Positions 12,639 to 24,185 of a DNA stretch of 64,000 nt are shown here, one piece after another. The stretch is taken from positions 1 to 64,000 of the forward strand of contig JAQGDQ010000861.1 of NCBI GenBank assembly GCA_030141605.1. Reading direction: 5' to 3'. Both the position numbers and the translations under genes were made by a program. The stretch comes from Tubiluchus corallicola. Its lineage: Eukaryota > Animalia > Priapulida. Numbering within the stretch: position 1 is the first letter of the stretch; the number at the start of each line of letters is the position of its first letter. The notes beneath the pieces are model-generated. The model saw only the letters and a list, made by a program, of their open reading frames with translations, had not been told where the DNA came from and did no database searches.

Positions 12639-14126
12639 TTAGTAGGATTGTTGCTCAGAAAATTCACTGTCAAATTGGTTTTCAACTTGGTTCTTAGGAC
12701 GCCCGCACCATAAAAGAATACATGCCGTAAGAAGCACTGTTAAGCAAACACCTCCAATGATAATGCCAATCATTTTTAGCGTGCCGAGAGCGGACTCCGG
12801 TTTAGGCCTATGGACTATCTCAGTTTCTGATTCAAGTGGATCAGAACAGACGAATCCACAAGCGTCAAATTTGCAGCACTTTTTCGTACCCAAGCAATCG
12901 TTGTCCTTTTCACATGGTTCACTTGGACACGTTTTAGTTTTAAACGTATCAGGAGCTTTACAAGTAGCTACTTTCGTTAAGATTGAACAATTTGCACCAG
13001 AAAATCCTTCTATGCACTTACAACTGTATGAGCCTACACTTGCTACGCAAGTTCCAGCGTATTGGCATGGATTAGGTGCACACATGTCCACCAATGACTC
13101 ACATTTAGTACCGGTGTATAGGGCCTCACAGTCGCATTTAAAGCTGTAGCGGTCGTGTTCATGATAGAAATTAGTGCAATTTCCATTATTCTCGCAGGGT
13201 TTGGAGAGGCAGGAATCAATTTTTTCGCAATTTTTCCCGGAAAATCTGTCCGGGCAATTACATATGTATATGTTCTGTTCAGGAACGTTGACACAAGTTC
13301 CACCATTATAACAAGTAGCATCATAACAGAAGTCTTTTGTAGCGCAGTTGGGTTGTAGATAATCTTGTGGACATTCACACCTGTATTTCAAGTGTGAATG
13401 TCTACCGCTAGCGTAAGTAATACATGTTCCGTGCATCTGGCAGGGCATAGAAAAACAAGGGTCCCTTCTTCCTGCGCAATCCAGTCCGTACTCATATGGA
13501 TGACAAACGCAATTTGCATAAGAAAATATAACATTTTCTTTTTCACATTTATTCACACCTTTACAAACATAGTTTGTGCAATCTGGCGGCAGATTTACAT
13601 CATAAAAGAGCATTTCAAAGCCGGTTTTACCTGCTCGAAGTTCATCATCGTCGGCTGTCTGCTCAAATTTGAGGCATATAGTGTCTTGTGTATGATTACT
13701 GTATGCCAAATTAATTTTAATTTGGTAATATTTCTGAATGTCACACAATTCCACTCTATCACGTTGTATAGCAAAGGATGGACACTTTCTGAACGGGCAG
13801 GTATATAAGTATAATTTATCTACCTGACATAGTATCTTAAGTTCTCTTACTTCAAATATCAAGGTGTTTGGTGCATTTCTCTGAACACACAACTCTGAAA
13901 AATAATTATCTCTCTGGTCAGCCGGTATGTTCGCATCAGCATAAAACACTGGGTGGGTAATGACAGACATATTAGACTGTATTTTTATCGTCTTTTTTAC
14001 GTTTGCGTTTTGATTTGTGTACATGGTTAATACATTGTTTGGAAACCTAACTTTCCAGCCTGGTGGCGGTGCATTGGCAAACGAAACGTACCAAGCGTAT
14101 AGTACCCACTGGCACATCCACACCAT
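12639..14126 (-). CDS. 495-aa type I membrane protein: signal peptide, divergent CUB-like domain, 5 EGF-like repeats, WAP (four-disulfide core), TM, short tail; one coding exon
   Basis: Uninterrupted ORF; five 6-Cys EGF units; 8-Cys WAP pattern C..C..C.KDNDC.GTKKCC..CG..C; TM MIGIIIGGVCLTVLLTACILLW; upstream acceptor at 14170 followed by an in-frame stop, i.e. 5'UTR. Confidence 0.9.
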   Translation of the reverse strand: MVWMCQWVLYAWYVSFANAPPPGWKVRFPNNVLTMYTNQNANVKKTIKIQSNMSVITHPVFYADANIPADQRDNYFSELCVQRNAPNTLIFEVRELKILCQVDKLYLYTCPFRKCPSFAIQRDRVELCDIQKYYQIKINLAYSNHTQDTICLKFEQTADDDELRAGKTGFEMLFYDVNLPPDCTNYVCKGVNKCEKENVIFSYANCVCHPYEYGLDCAGRRDPCFSMPCQMHGTCITYASGRHSHLKYRCECPQDYLQPNCATKDFCYDATCYNGGTCVNVPEQNIYICNCPDRFSGKNCEKIDSCLSKPCENNGNCTNFYHEHDRYSFKCDCEALYTGTKCESLVDMCAPNPCQYAGTCVASVGSYSCKCIEGFSGANCSILTKVATCKAPDTFKTKTCPSEPCEKDNDCLGTKKCCKFDACGFVCSDPLESETEIVHRPKPESALGTLKMIGIIIGGVCLTVLLTACILLWCGRPKNQVENQFDSEFSEQQSY

Positions 14127-14572
14127 ATCACAAGGAGATATAATTCTATTTTGTCAGTGTTCAGTCCCTCTAAATCACAAATAAAAACACATATTATGTA
14201 AATTTCACGAACAGAACAAGTTTTGCTGAAGAGAAAAACATAATGCCCTATATAGCCTCAAAGATTATAATATTTATTCAGCAGGTTTCGACATAGCGGG
14301 CCTCATCAACTGAACGGAAAGTGTTGGTAACCTGAGAGTGTTACGAGTCAATGAGAACTAGAAATATCGGCCATTTTTCTTTAATGAATCGCTTGTATTG
14401 TTATATTATTGCAAATTAATTAAACTAGTTATTGGTTACTTTGAAGACAACGCTAGACATATTCATCACGACGAACAATGTAATCAGCTAATCAGAAAGC
14501 ACTCTTTCAAAAAATTCGTAATATGCTAGCGTAGAAATTTCGTTTTGAATTTGTTACCTAGTAGTCCCGATG

Positions 14573-15153
14573 ACCTGTAATGGAGGTACAGAAAATGACA
14601 TCAGGGGGAGAATCGGCAAAGCAACAGCAGTATTTAGGAAGATGGGAAAAATCTGGACAAGCAAGAAAATTGACATGAAAATCAAACTTCGTCTGTACAA
14701 CGCCATTGTGCTGCCAACGGCTCTCTATGCCAGCGATACCTGGAAAGTCACAGCGGAGTTATCAAAGAAACTGAACGTGTTCCACCAAAAATGCCTTCGA
14801 AAGATACTAAAAATCTCCTACCGCGACCATGTCACCAATGTAGAAGTTCTTCAACGAGCGCAGTCATTGCGGTTACAAGATATAGTTACAGAGAGAAGAA
14901 TGAAACTGGCTGGACATATTCTCCGTCTATCAGAAAGTCGTTACGCCAAAACAGCAGTACAGTGGGAACCACCTGGTGGGAAACGAAAAAGAGGTCGGCC
15001 AAAAACAACGTGGCGCAGATCCTTCAAAGAAGACCTTCGAGCTGTCAACATACGTTGGGAAAACGTAGAGAACGAAGCCGCCGATAGAACTCAGTGGAAA
15101 ATGCTGTCTGCCCAATGTGCATCAATGCGCAGGAAGGACTAAGGTCTAAGGTA
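14573..15153 (+). mobile_element. Young 5'-truncated RTE-clade LINE insertion
   Basis: Intact RT C-terminal ORF (KLRLYNAIVLPTALY..GKRKRGRPKTTW); (ctaaggt)n tail; 10-bp TSD agtcccgatg at 14563-14572 and 15154-15163. Confidence 0.92.
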
Positions 15154-15979
15154 AGTCCCGATGCATTTGCTCAGGAATCAGTTGTACAGCATTTTCTTTT
15201 AAAAGCACTCCCTGATTGAACGGGGAATAGTCTAACGGATTGCCAAACCACTACATCCAAAAGTGAACTTATTAAACCGCATCTACTGCATGTTACATGT
15301 TGCATCATAATTATTTTACTTGTTTTCTTTTTATTGAAATTATCTGTATCAAGGCAATCCGTGTTTTTCCTGTGCCATTCTGACCGGCACCATTTTTATC
15401 TGTGCCATTTTTGCTGCGCACTGATGCGGAAGAAGAGGCGCGTACGCACCTGCTCATGCTAGATCTCACGATCTGCTTCATGTCCAGCCCAGCTGCTAAA
15501 TGACAAACTACTAAGAGCTTTTGCACCGACTGAAACAACTGTGGATAAAAGCTGAGATGGAATTAAAAGACAGCACACACACACACATCTATAAATATAA
15601 ATGCAAACAAAAATGCAGGATCAAAAACAGCAATGTTAGCAGCATGTGGACTATTCGTTTTCAGAAGCATTTGCACATGGCACATTTGCTGCTGTTCCAG
15701 AGCCAATAAAATACGGAATTCCTGGAAAGTCACAGCCTCATTTCTCATTCCATAAAATAATGGGCACCGTATTATGCAAAACTACGTTTATAATGCATAG
15801 AATTATGATCACGCTTTTCGAGGTTCTGAAATCGCATTTTACATCTTTCTTAAGAGAAATCAAATAGGACAGTCTGAGCTTAGCTATGTGATTTTGTATA
15901 CCTCAATAGTAATGGGTTTAGTTCTGTGCAAAAAAGTGAAATACTTTTAATCTTTAATGAGAATGTATTCGTAACTACT

Positions 15980-17545
15980 GTACTTCCGAAATCGGTTTCT
16001 CGATTTTTTGTTCATTCGACACACTAGAAAAATGTCATACTAATTAACAAAAATTAAACACTGATGAAATAAAAGTTTTATAGATTAATTTTCGGCATTC
16101 AGAAGGCAAATCCTCTCCAACACGTTTTAAAGCGTTTAGGAATTCACACACGGGATTCACAGCGAAATCACAACTTTCAACTTTTTAAACTATGATCCGT
16201 GGGTCTGAAATCAACGAATCGTGGCATAACTTACAGCATTCAATTGGTCTTACCGAGACCTTCCGTTTGATGTACAACCAGCTAGTTTTGGCTAACACCT
16301 AAAGGCATTTGTCTTCTCGATCCCTATTTTGCCCCTACTGGGGTCAGAAGTTAACGAATCTCAGCATAACTGATACCATTCAATTTGTTTCATTGAGACT
16401 TTTCATTTGGTGTAACACAAGCTAACTCGGTTGACATTGGGATAAGTTTATTTTGTCGACTTTGTTAACTGTTCTCATTGCATCCTATGCCATTCGTTTA
16501 GCAGCTAGCCTCATCGAGTCCTTTCATTTGATGTGCTACATGGTACTATTCCTAGACTCATTTCTCTTCCCGATCCCCATTTTTGGTTTTTGACACCTAC
16601 TGGGTTCAGTGGTCAACCAATCTCTGGATAATTCTTACCATGCAATTTGTCGCATCAAGACCTTTGTTTTGATGTACTACAAGCTAGTTCTGCTTGACAG
16701 CGGAAAACATTTGTCCCATGGACCACTGTTTTGCCCCCTTATTGGGGTCATATGTTAACGACTCTCATTGGAACCTATGCCATGCGATTCGCCTCATTGA
16801 GACCTTTCATTTGAGACTGGAACCTACCCGGTATGCGATGCGATTCGCCTCATTGAGACCTTTCATTTGATGTGCTACAAGGTACCATAGCTCAACACTC
16901 GGTGCATTTCTGTTTGCGACCCCCTTTTTCCGGTTTTTGCCCCTAGCGCGCATTCCCCATGTTTTGTGATGGACATGAGTGCAACCCCACCTAGCAACAT
17001 TGCTCAAAAACTATGGGAGTAGAGGGATCATAAGAAAAAATAAATAAAGACTCTCGCTCCATGCATGACCTTTGACCCGGCAGCTCGGGTCACACGCCTG
17101 CCCAAATAACTTTTCCCAGAAAATGTAACCTTGAGTTTTGCGTCTCTAACCTTCAGCATGTAAAAGGTCACCAATTGGTCACCAATCAGGCATTTTGGCC
17201 CATCCTGCGGGTGTTTAAAACTCGTCCGCTTTTTAAAACCCCAGGTGCACATCTACCCTACAGTGCCCAAATACTTGTGAAAAAAAATTGGAAAAAACCG
17301 AAAGCCCTAGGAGGAGATGCAGGAAAAAATCGAGTGACACCTACTGTTCTTCCCCCTTGACCAATGGCCGCCATACTGCTGTTCGTCCCCCACCCAGGGC
17401 TATCAAGTCAGTGAGTTTAGTCACCCTAGCTTGAAGGTTGTGACGTTATTAACGTTATTAAAGTTGCGGAGAATAAATAAATAAATACAAATAAATAAGT
17501 GGATGAAAAACAAAAAAAGATTTTGCTATTGCAAAATCTTAATTA
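15980..17545. mobile_element. Non-autonomous DNA element with internal degenerate repeats, Helentron/HINE-like
   Basis: Recurrent gagacctttcatttgatgt motif; terminal hairpin agattttgc-tatt-gcaaaatct next to an A-run at about 17511-17540. Family assignment is tentative. Confidence 0.45.
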
Positions 17546-19030
17546 CACTTTACGAATAACTAACTATACTCATACTATCTGTATCTCTTTCTTTTCTACA
17601 GATCTATTAATTCATTACCTATTTGGCTTACTTGTAAATACATAATTAATGAACTTCTGCACTGTACGGCTCTGGCCTATATAACTGGTCGCTTATTTGA
17701 GTAATCTATCATTGACGATGACGGGCACGATGCAGTCGAAATGTTTTTTAACATTTTGTATCTTAAAGCGTTTAACAAAAGTCGGCTTCTTTTAATGAGT
17801 TTTACATCTATCTAAAACATTAGAACGTTTGAACAACACTGTCGAGAAAATACGGTATGATATGTACGTTTTACACTGTTAAAACAATTTTCTGCTAATG
17901 TATGTTAAAACAAAGATTTCCTTACCTTTTGTTGTTGAAAATTTTTACCGAACGTGTGCTGCGTTTGTTATAGAAACAATGTGTCATAGAAAAACCAACT
18001 AACACAGACCGGGCTTACGCGTTTACAGCAGAAAATAACGAATTTAGATCAATATATTAGTTGAAAATTACAATAGAGTTGTGTGAAAAAAAGTTTAAAC
18101 TCAGTTTCCACACAACTGGAGATCTACCAAATTCCAGAGTTCTTTTTAATTTACCTGTGCACAGCTCTACAACTTGTGTAGAAGCCATTCCATTTTATTA
18201 GTCTTATGCGTTGCCTTCTATGCGCCTTACTCAAAGATCTGTTATGATTTTAGCTGGACACGCGAACAATACGTTGGAGATTTCGATTAAAGCGTTTTTA
18301 AGTATGCTCAAATAGAATCTACAAAAAGCTATAGGTACAACAACAATGGGACAATCATACTTGTGGAATTGGAATGCATTATTTTTGTTTCGTTCTCATA
18401 AACTAAATAATGTGGCCAAGTGAAAACCTTGGAATCCATCACGGATGTAATTAAGCCTATAACTACAGTTGAGAGTACGCGCTGGCTAAGTACAGTGAAT
18501 CTCAGTTATTATGCACAGCAAAGTACTACTATTCAGTAGTGGAAAGTCCTGTAGCTTTTAAAGAAATTAGCAGAGAGATATTATTGTTCCGATGCTCATA
18601 TGCTGTCACATTCAAATACATTTCTCATTTTCGATTTTAACGCCTGAACTATCCCAGGATTTGAGCTCCATTTTCATGTTCAGTCGTATAATTACTAGTC
18701 TGGAGCGTGTGGCGCAGTTAATGACAAGTTTATTGATTATTAACCAAAGGGTTGAATTACAGTTCAGCATATAGCAAATGATCGGGCCGGACCCCAAATG
18801 AAGCCATCCCGTTTGTCATGTTTCATGTACTGAATTACAAAATATAAAAATTTTAAAAGGATAACCAAGATAGAACATACAGCGACGAGCTGTATTACAC
18901 CATTGCAAGATACATGAACGAAATAAATTAAAATTAAAGGAGTCAAAACCCAAATTTGGATGTTAAGCCACATGATATAGTATGTACAATATTTACGTAC
19001 GAGATGTGACGAAGGCTATTCAGTACATGA

Positions 19031-19350
19031 AACACTGTTCCTCTGATATTATTATATCTAATTTTATCTCTTCTTGTTATTCCCACCACCCATTTCAACG
19101 TCCTCATCTCCACCACACCCATTTTCTTCTCTTGGGTCTTCTTTAGAGAAGCTGCTTCCAGCCCATAGATTAGAGCGGGTCTGACCACTATCTTTGTGGA
19201 CTTTACCTTTAAGTCTCACCGACTCATTCATAGAAGGTTTTGGCGGAGTTTTTACAGGCGGATGCCCTTCCTGACCCTAACCCTCCCTATTTATCCGGAC
19301 GGGACCGGCACTGAGTTGGGCTGGCTTGCCCCCCCATGGCTAGGTTATGA
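19031..19350 (-). mobile_element. Second copy of the short RTE-derived element
   Basis: High similarity to 2296-2628 with the same internal deletion junction. Confidence 0.8.
19273..19350 (-). ncRNA. Twister ribozyme motif, L4 damaged (probably inactive)
   Basis: taa-ccta-gcc..gccggtccc--gtccggataaa-tagg-gaggg; lacks the AA of L4. Confidence 0.55.
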
Positions 19351-19399
19351 CTGTCTACTCCTGTATATTCCTTAAACTAGTAGGAACAGTTAGCTACTA

Positions 19400-20320
19400 T
19401 CTAAACAATAATTCCGACGTATACTGCTCTGTGTTGCATGCCTCAAAGGCGTTTGACAGTAAATTTCGTAAAACTTTTGCACTTCTGGTTCAGCGAGAAG
19501 TACCGAGTCAAATTCTACGGAACTGATAAATGTATATGTCTCAAAAAGTAGGAGCAAACTACAATGGCAGTTATTCTGAAGAAACTAACATTACCAGTGA
19601 GATCCGGTAGAGAGCGGTACCGTCACCGATATTGCTTACCATATATCTAGATAAATTTTTAATAAGATTGCGTAATTGTGGAGATGGTTGTTACATACTT
19701 ACTACATAATTACATACTTACACTTACTACCCAGTGAAATAAAACAAATAGAATCTCTCCACCACTTTAAAAAGAAATTAAAAGAATATCAATATAACAG
19801 GTTTCAACTTCCACATTGTGCATCTGATACTAATTACACAGACTCAACTTTCATCTACCCCCGCCCCTGACTCTATATAATGATTAAAAATGAAAATTTA
19901 TGAAAAAAATTACGTAATGTAATAGGTGTTATGTTAGTTTCGTGTTTCGTAATGTTAAATGTATAAATAGTGTACACTATGCCATGTAAAATTTAATGTA
20001 CTTTCGTATAATTGTTTTGTAAAAATATTTTAATATGGTGTTTGTAAATATGTTCATTTATTGTATATAATTAGACCTTAGTTTTGCACTTTATTTTTTT
20101 AGTATGCACTGGACGTATTTGTCTTGAACAGTGTTGTTTTTTTTAACATTACGCTGAGGCTTCCTCAATTTTATTATAATGAGTGAACCATTTTTTATGA
20201 CAAATAAAGAATTAATATATATATACATACGAAATTTGCAGGTACATTGGGCTACGCAGATGATATGACTGTATTGGCTCCATCAGTAAAATCCTTACAA
20301 AGATGTTGCTTTATGCTTTT
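19400..20320 (+). mobile_element. Old LINE RT fragment interrupted by a nested LINE 3' end (19699-20223)
   Basis: ASKAFD..LRNCGDGCYI on the left resumes as TKFAGTLGYADDMTVLAPS on the right; tacatac duplicated at both insert ends. Confidence 0.7.
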
Positions 20321-21882
20321 AAGTTTTTTTAAAACTAATAATAATTGCTTTTATTTCAGATATTCTTCTTTTATTAGAAACGCAAAAGTGATTTTGGCTT
20401 ATCAAAATTGCACGTATGTCAACACTATTGGTAGACTTAAAAATATTATTATTACAGGCAATGCACGGCTCAAAAGTTTTTAATCATCCGCCACTTGATG
20501 TTGCAGGCGTAGCCGCTAATTGTAAAAAAAGGAAATACGTAACAACAGGCGGTCTCTTCCTCTTTTTACACATTGACTATATAGAATGGTCTTGCTTCAT
20601 TGTCATCCACCGAATAAATACACTATTTACTGTAAATGGTAATTTTTTATGATCTATAATATTCTTTTAATGTTAGAATTAATATTTTTAATATATGTTT
20701 ATACATTTTGTGATTTTTTATGGAAAATTCATCAAATCTATACATTACTGTACCATACGAACTACGCATGGGCAAAAATACTTTAGACGGAGTACCGCAA
20801 AACCCACGAAACAGCGAAGATACCGCGATAAATATTTTACATTAACATTTTGAAGTAGCGAGGAACACTATAATACGATACAAATCCCGTGGCTTCAACC
20901 ATAATAATCATTAATTATGCAAAGAAACTAAAAATACAGATTAAGGGCCACATACGTCATTGCGCGAGAGCGTTGCGCATTAGTGGTGTAAACACAGTTA
21001 TGCACGTGGAGCTTCTTGCGTGTTGGTGACAGTAAGTAATGTATGACTTTAATCCGTAATTGTAACTCATAAAAACCAATCATATTATGGGAATATGGTG
21101 TATATTACGCCTGTTGGTCTGCTTTCTGGCTTGCAGGCATGAAAACAAACAGTAGGCTAGAAAAAACTAGAGGTGCGAAAGTTCCGTTTAATAATAGCAG
21201 AATAAGCTGTTTTCTTATCTGTCTTTATTCTCGGTTTGCGATCTTTAACCAAGGGGCCATCTACACGGCCGCGACGATCCTCGTTGCAACTTTAAGGGTT
21301 TGCCAAAATGCAGTTTTCTGTCCGCAAACACGAAACGCACATTATACAATAAATAATGATTTCACATCAGTAATGCAATATTAATAATAATAATAATAAA
21401 GGGTTTTCAGTTATGCAGTGAACAAAGATTATTTGCTGACAGACTCAAAACCCAGTTCATGTGACTTCGTGTCAAAATGCAGCTAACAATGTGGTAAGAC
21501 TATGCCATTATTGAAATATTTTTACGTTATGCACTATCTTTTTATAGATTATTAATATATCCTGTATTCAAAAGCAGTATGTTATGTTTTATATATTATT
21601 TTTAATTCAAGGTTTTCACTTTCCATCCTTGTTTTTTACATACATCAATAATTACTATATTTTCATCTATAATCAGTATAGTATAATGTGTAGTTACAGT
21701 GCTTCGAACCCACCCCCTAGTTGTAGGGACTCCGTCCCGCCCCGATTCCGCCCCCACTACACCACATAAGGGCCCAGAGTATGATAATTTTAACAAATAA
21801 TTGTGATAGTGGGAGTACATCCCTTTGCCTGTGTGAAATTTTAGCAGTGTAAACACTTGCTTTTAACATTAGTTAGCTAAAC

Positions 21883-22192
21883 TAGGGCTGAGCATTGAAC
21901 GCTCAAGTTCGATTCGAACGAGTTTTTAGTTCGAATTTGACCTAAAACTATTGATTCGAACGACTCAGCACTTCAATCACATTCGTTCTTTATCTTTAAA
22001 GCGATTGAAAAATCGGCATAATTTATTTGTGAATTCTGTGCGCAATTTTAAACAAATTATTAATGGTTTTACTGCTGAGCAAAATCGAGTAATATGCATG
22101 ATCTTTATAAGGCCAATTTTTACGGATGGTTCGAAAATCTTTCAATCTCAATTCGATTTCGAAAGTCGCAAATTTGATTCGATTCAAACCCC
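21883..22192. mobile_element. Probable hAT-type MITE remnant
   Basis: Starts tagggctg; subterminal ttcga repeats at both ends; ends ..aaacccct. Confidence 0.45.
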
Positions 22193-22324
22193 TTTCTGGT
22201 AGAGAATGTCCAATCCTACTCCAAACTTCAGCATATTTTTTGTACTGCCTGATACGTGATAAAAAAAGCTCCAAGACAAAACTGCTAAATTCTGGCCTCG
22301 TAGGACTAGCCAGTTTGCCTATTA

Positions 22325-22749
22325 TTATATAAGTTGTCAGTTATGTTGTGGTTCGCATCGTTCTGTCAGAGCTGCAGCGTCGACTGTGGCTGAGCAGTGC
22401 GATCTTTGAACATCTCCAGGGCGTTCGCCCAGGCAACAGGAACTCCCTCTCTTCCTCCCTGGAGCGATACGTTTGGCACCAAGTTGGCTACAGTAGCCGC
22501 CTTCGGGGCTCCACTCCTGATTTAAAAGGTTTACTCCTCTACACACGGCCGTTGGGTCACTTGACCTCCTCCCATTGGCTGCTTGTGCAGTTCTTCCGCC
22601 TAGTGTCGAGATACAGTGTGGGAATCCCCAAGCCTACAGCACTTGGTATTCCTCGGTGGTCACCCGTCCAAGGACTAACCAGGCTGTACATTGCTTAACT
22701 TCGGTGATCAGACGAGAACTGGTGTTTTCGACATGATTTGGCCGTAGTT
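22325..22749 (-). mobile_element. 5S rRNA-derived SINE (SINE3-like) with about 300-bp body
   Basis: Full-length diverged 5S head (22630-22749) followed directly by a GC-rich body and an A-rich tail instead of an oligo-T terminator. Confidence 0.8.
22630..22749 (-). pseudogene. Diverged 5S rRNA-like sequence (SINE head)
   Basis: actacggcc..ctcgtctgatcaccgaagttaagc..cctggttagtccttggacgggtgacc..gaatacc..gtgctgtaggctt aligns with eukaryotic 5S rRNA with many substitutions. Confidence 0.85.
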
Positions 22750-22865
22750 TTAAGCCTGTAAATATAGTGTAGATGTTCTTAAGTTAAAAGAACAATAGCT
22801 GCAGGTTTGTGTGCCAAAGGAATGCTCATAACTACTTATTTTTAGGAAACGTGTAAAAACTTTCG

Positions 22866-23306
22866 ATGGATAATGCTTATGCTATCGAGCCGGTAATAGA
22901 AGTGGAGCGGAAATTTCCTGTCACAGACAAATGTGTTATGCAACTAGAGAGTCTTGGCGCTAAATTAATAAAACGGCAAAGGTTTTCCGACATTTATTGG
23001 GATACTAGCAGTGCTGCACTAATGACACGTGACTTTTGGCTGAGGCAGCGAGATGGTCTGTGGGAACTTAAGGTTCCCACAGACACACAGCATGGCCTGA
23101 CCACTCAATATCAAGAATTAACAGCAGAGTGTGACATTGTCGCTAAATTAAACTCGCTTTTAGGCGAGCGTAACTCTTGCATTAGTGTTAAAGATCTAAC
23201 GACTTCACAATTAAAGCAGATCGCTTCGTTTACAACATTCAGAGATTCTTATCTCGTGGAAGGTCATATCAATGTTGATATTGATGAAACTGATTTTGGA
23301 TACAAG
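22866..23306 (+). CDS. THTPA: Thiamine triphosphatase (CYTH family), coding exon 1
   Basis: IEVERKF (ExExK), DIYWDT, DFWLRQR, WELK, DETDFGY motifs; aag|gtttgt donor. Confidence 0.92.
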
Positions 23307-23361
23307 GTTTGTTTAATGGACAACATAGTCGCTACGATTATGTGTTACTGTTGTTTGAGTA

Positions 23362-23912
23362 CAGTAAGTCCTCGCTTAACAACTCCCCACTTAGCGACGT
23401 TTCATTTCTAATGTCACTGAAGATCTGACAGATTTTCTCACTTAACAATGTATGGTTCGCTTTAACGACATTTTTTCAAAAGCCATTTTTTTCTTTTACT
23501 CAGTGAAAAACATTAAAACAGCATGTATTGCATTATTCTTGTTGCTGTACATAACAAGCAGACCAAGCATGAAATTGTCCTAACATCGTCCCAGCGCAAG
23601 GCTTTCACTTTACAGTGCTTAACGGCTAACTACGTAGACTTCAATGTTAAATAAAGAGAAACCGTTAGCTAGGTGTTGGTAATAAAAATGGGTAGTTTCA
23701 AACAAAGGGACTGGTCAGTAAAAATATGAATAAAACTCATAAAACATTTACTTTATATAGTTGATTAAGCAGCATTGATGTTTGCTTCTGGAACATGTCT
23801 CAATTCTTTGACAGTGCTAAGTGTGGAACTCTTCGTTTCGTTTAATGACGTTGCGCTTAACGTCGCATTTTGCTGGAACGTCGCACTAGTGTCGTTAAAC
23901 GAGGACTTACTG
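23362..23912. mobile_element. Tigger-like MITE in THTPA intron
   Basis: TIR cagtaagtcctcg / cgaggacttactg; TA TSD. Confidence 0.88.
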
Positions 23913-24185
23913 TACTGCATGTATTTCATAATATTTATTTTAACTATGTATTGGGCAGTACAGAGATTAACTAGAAATAAAAAAGCTAATTATTATTGAC
24001 GAGCAACCAAATTTTGTTTTAGAATCGTCAAGTTATTCTTCGCTTAGATAAGCCCTGCAGATCACATGGTACTTACAAAGCTGGAGCCAGCAACACCAAA
24101 CTGATGAAAATTTAGCTGTTTCTTCTTATGTTTGTTTTTAGTTTATTGGCACCTAAGAGTGTGGTCCGGTCATTTTTAAATTTAT

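Noticed and set aside
22630-22749. Functional 5S rRNA gene
   Set aside because: Many substitutions, single copy, no oligo-T terminator, continues into a SINE-like body.
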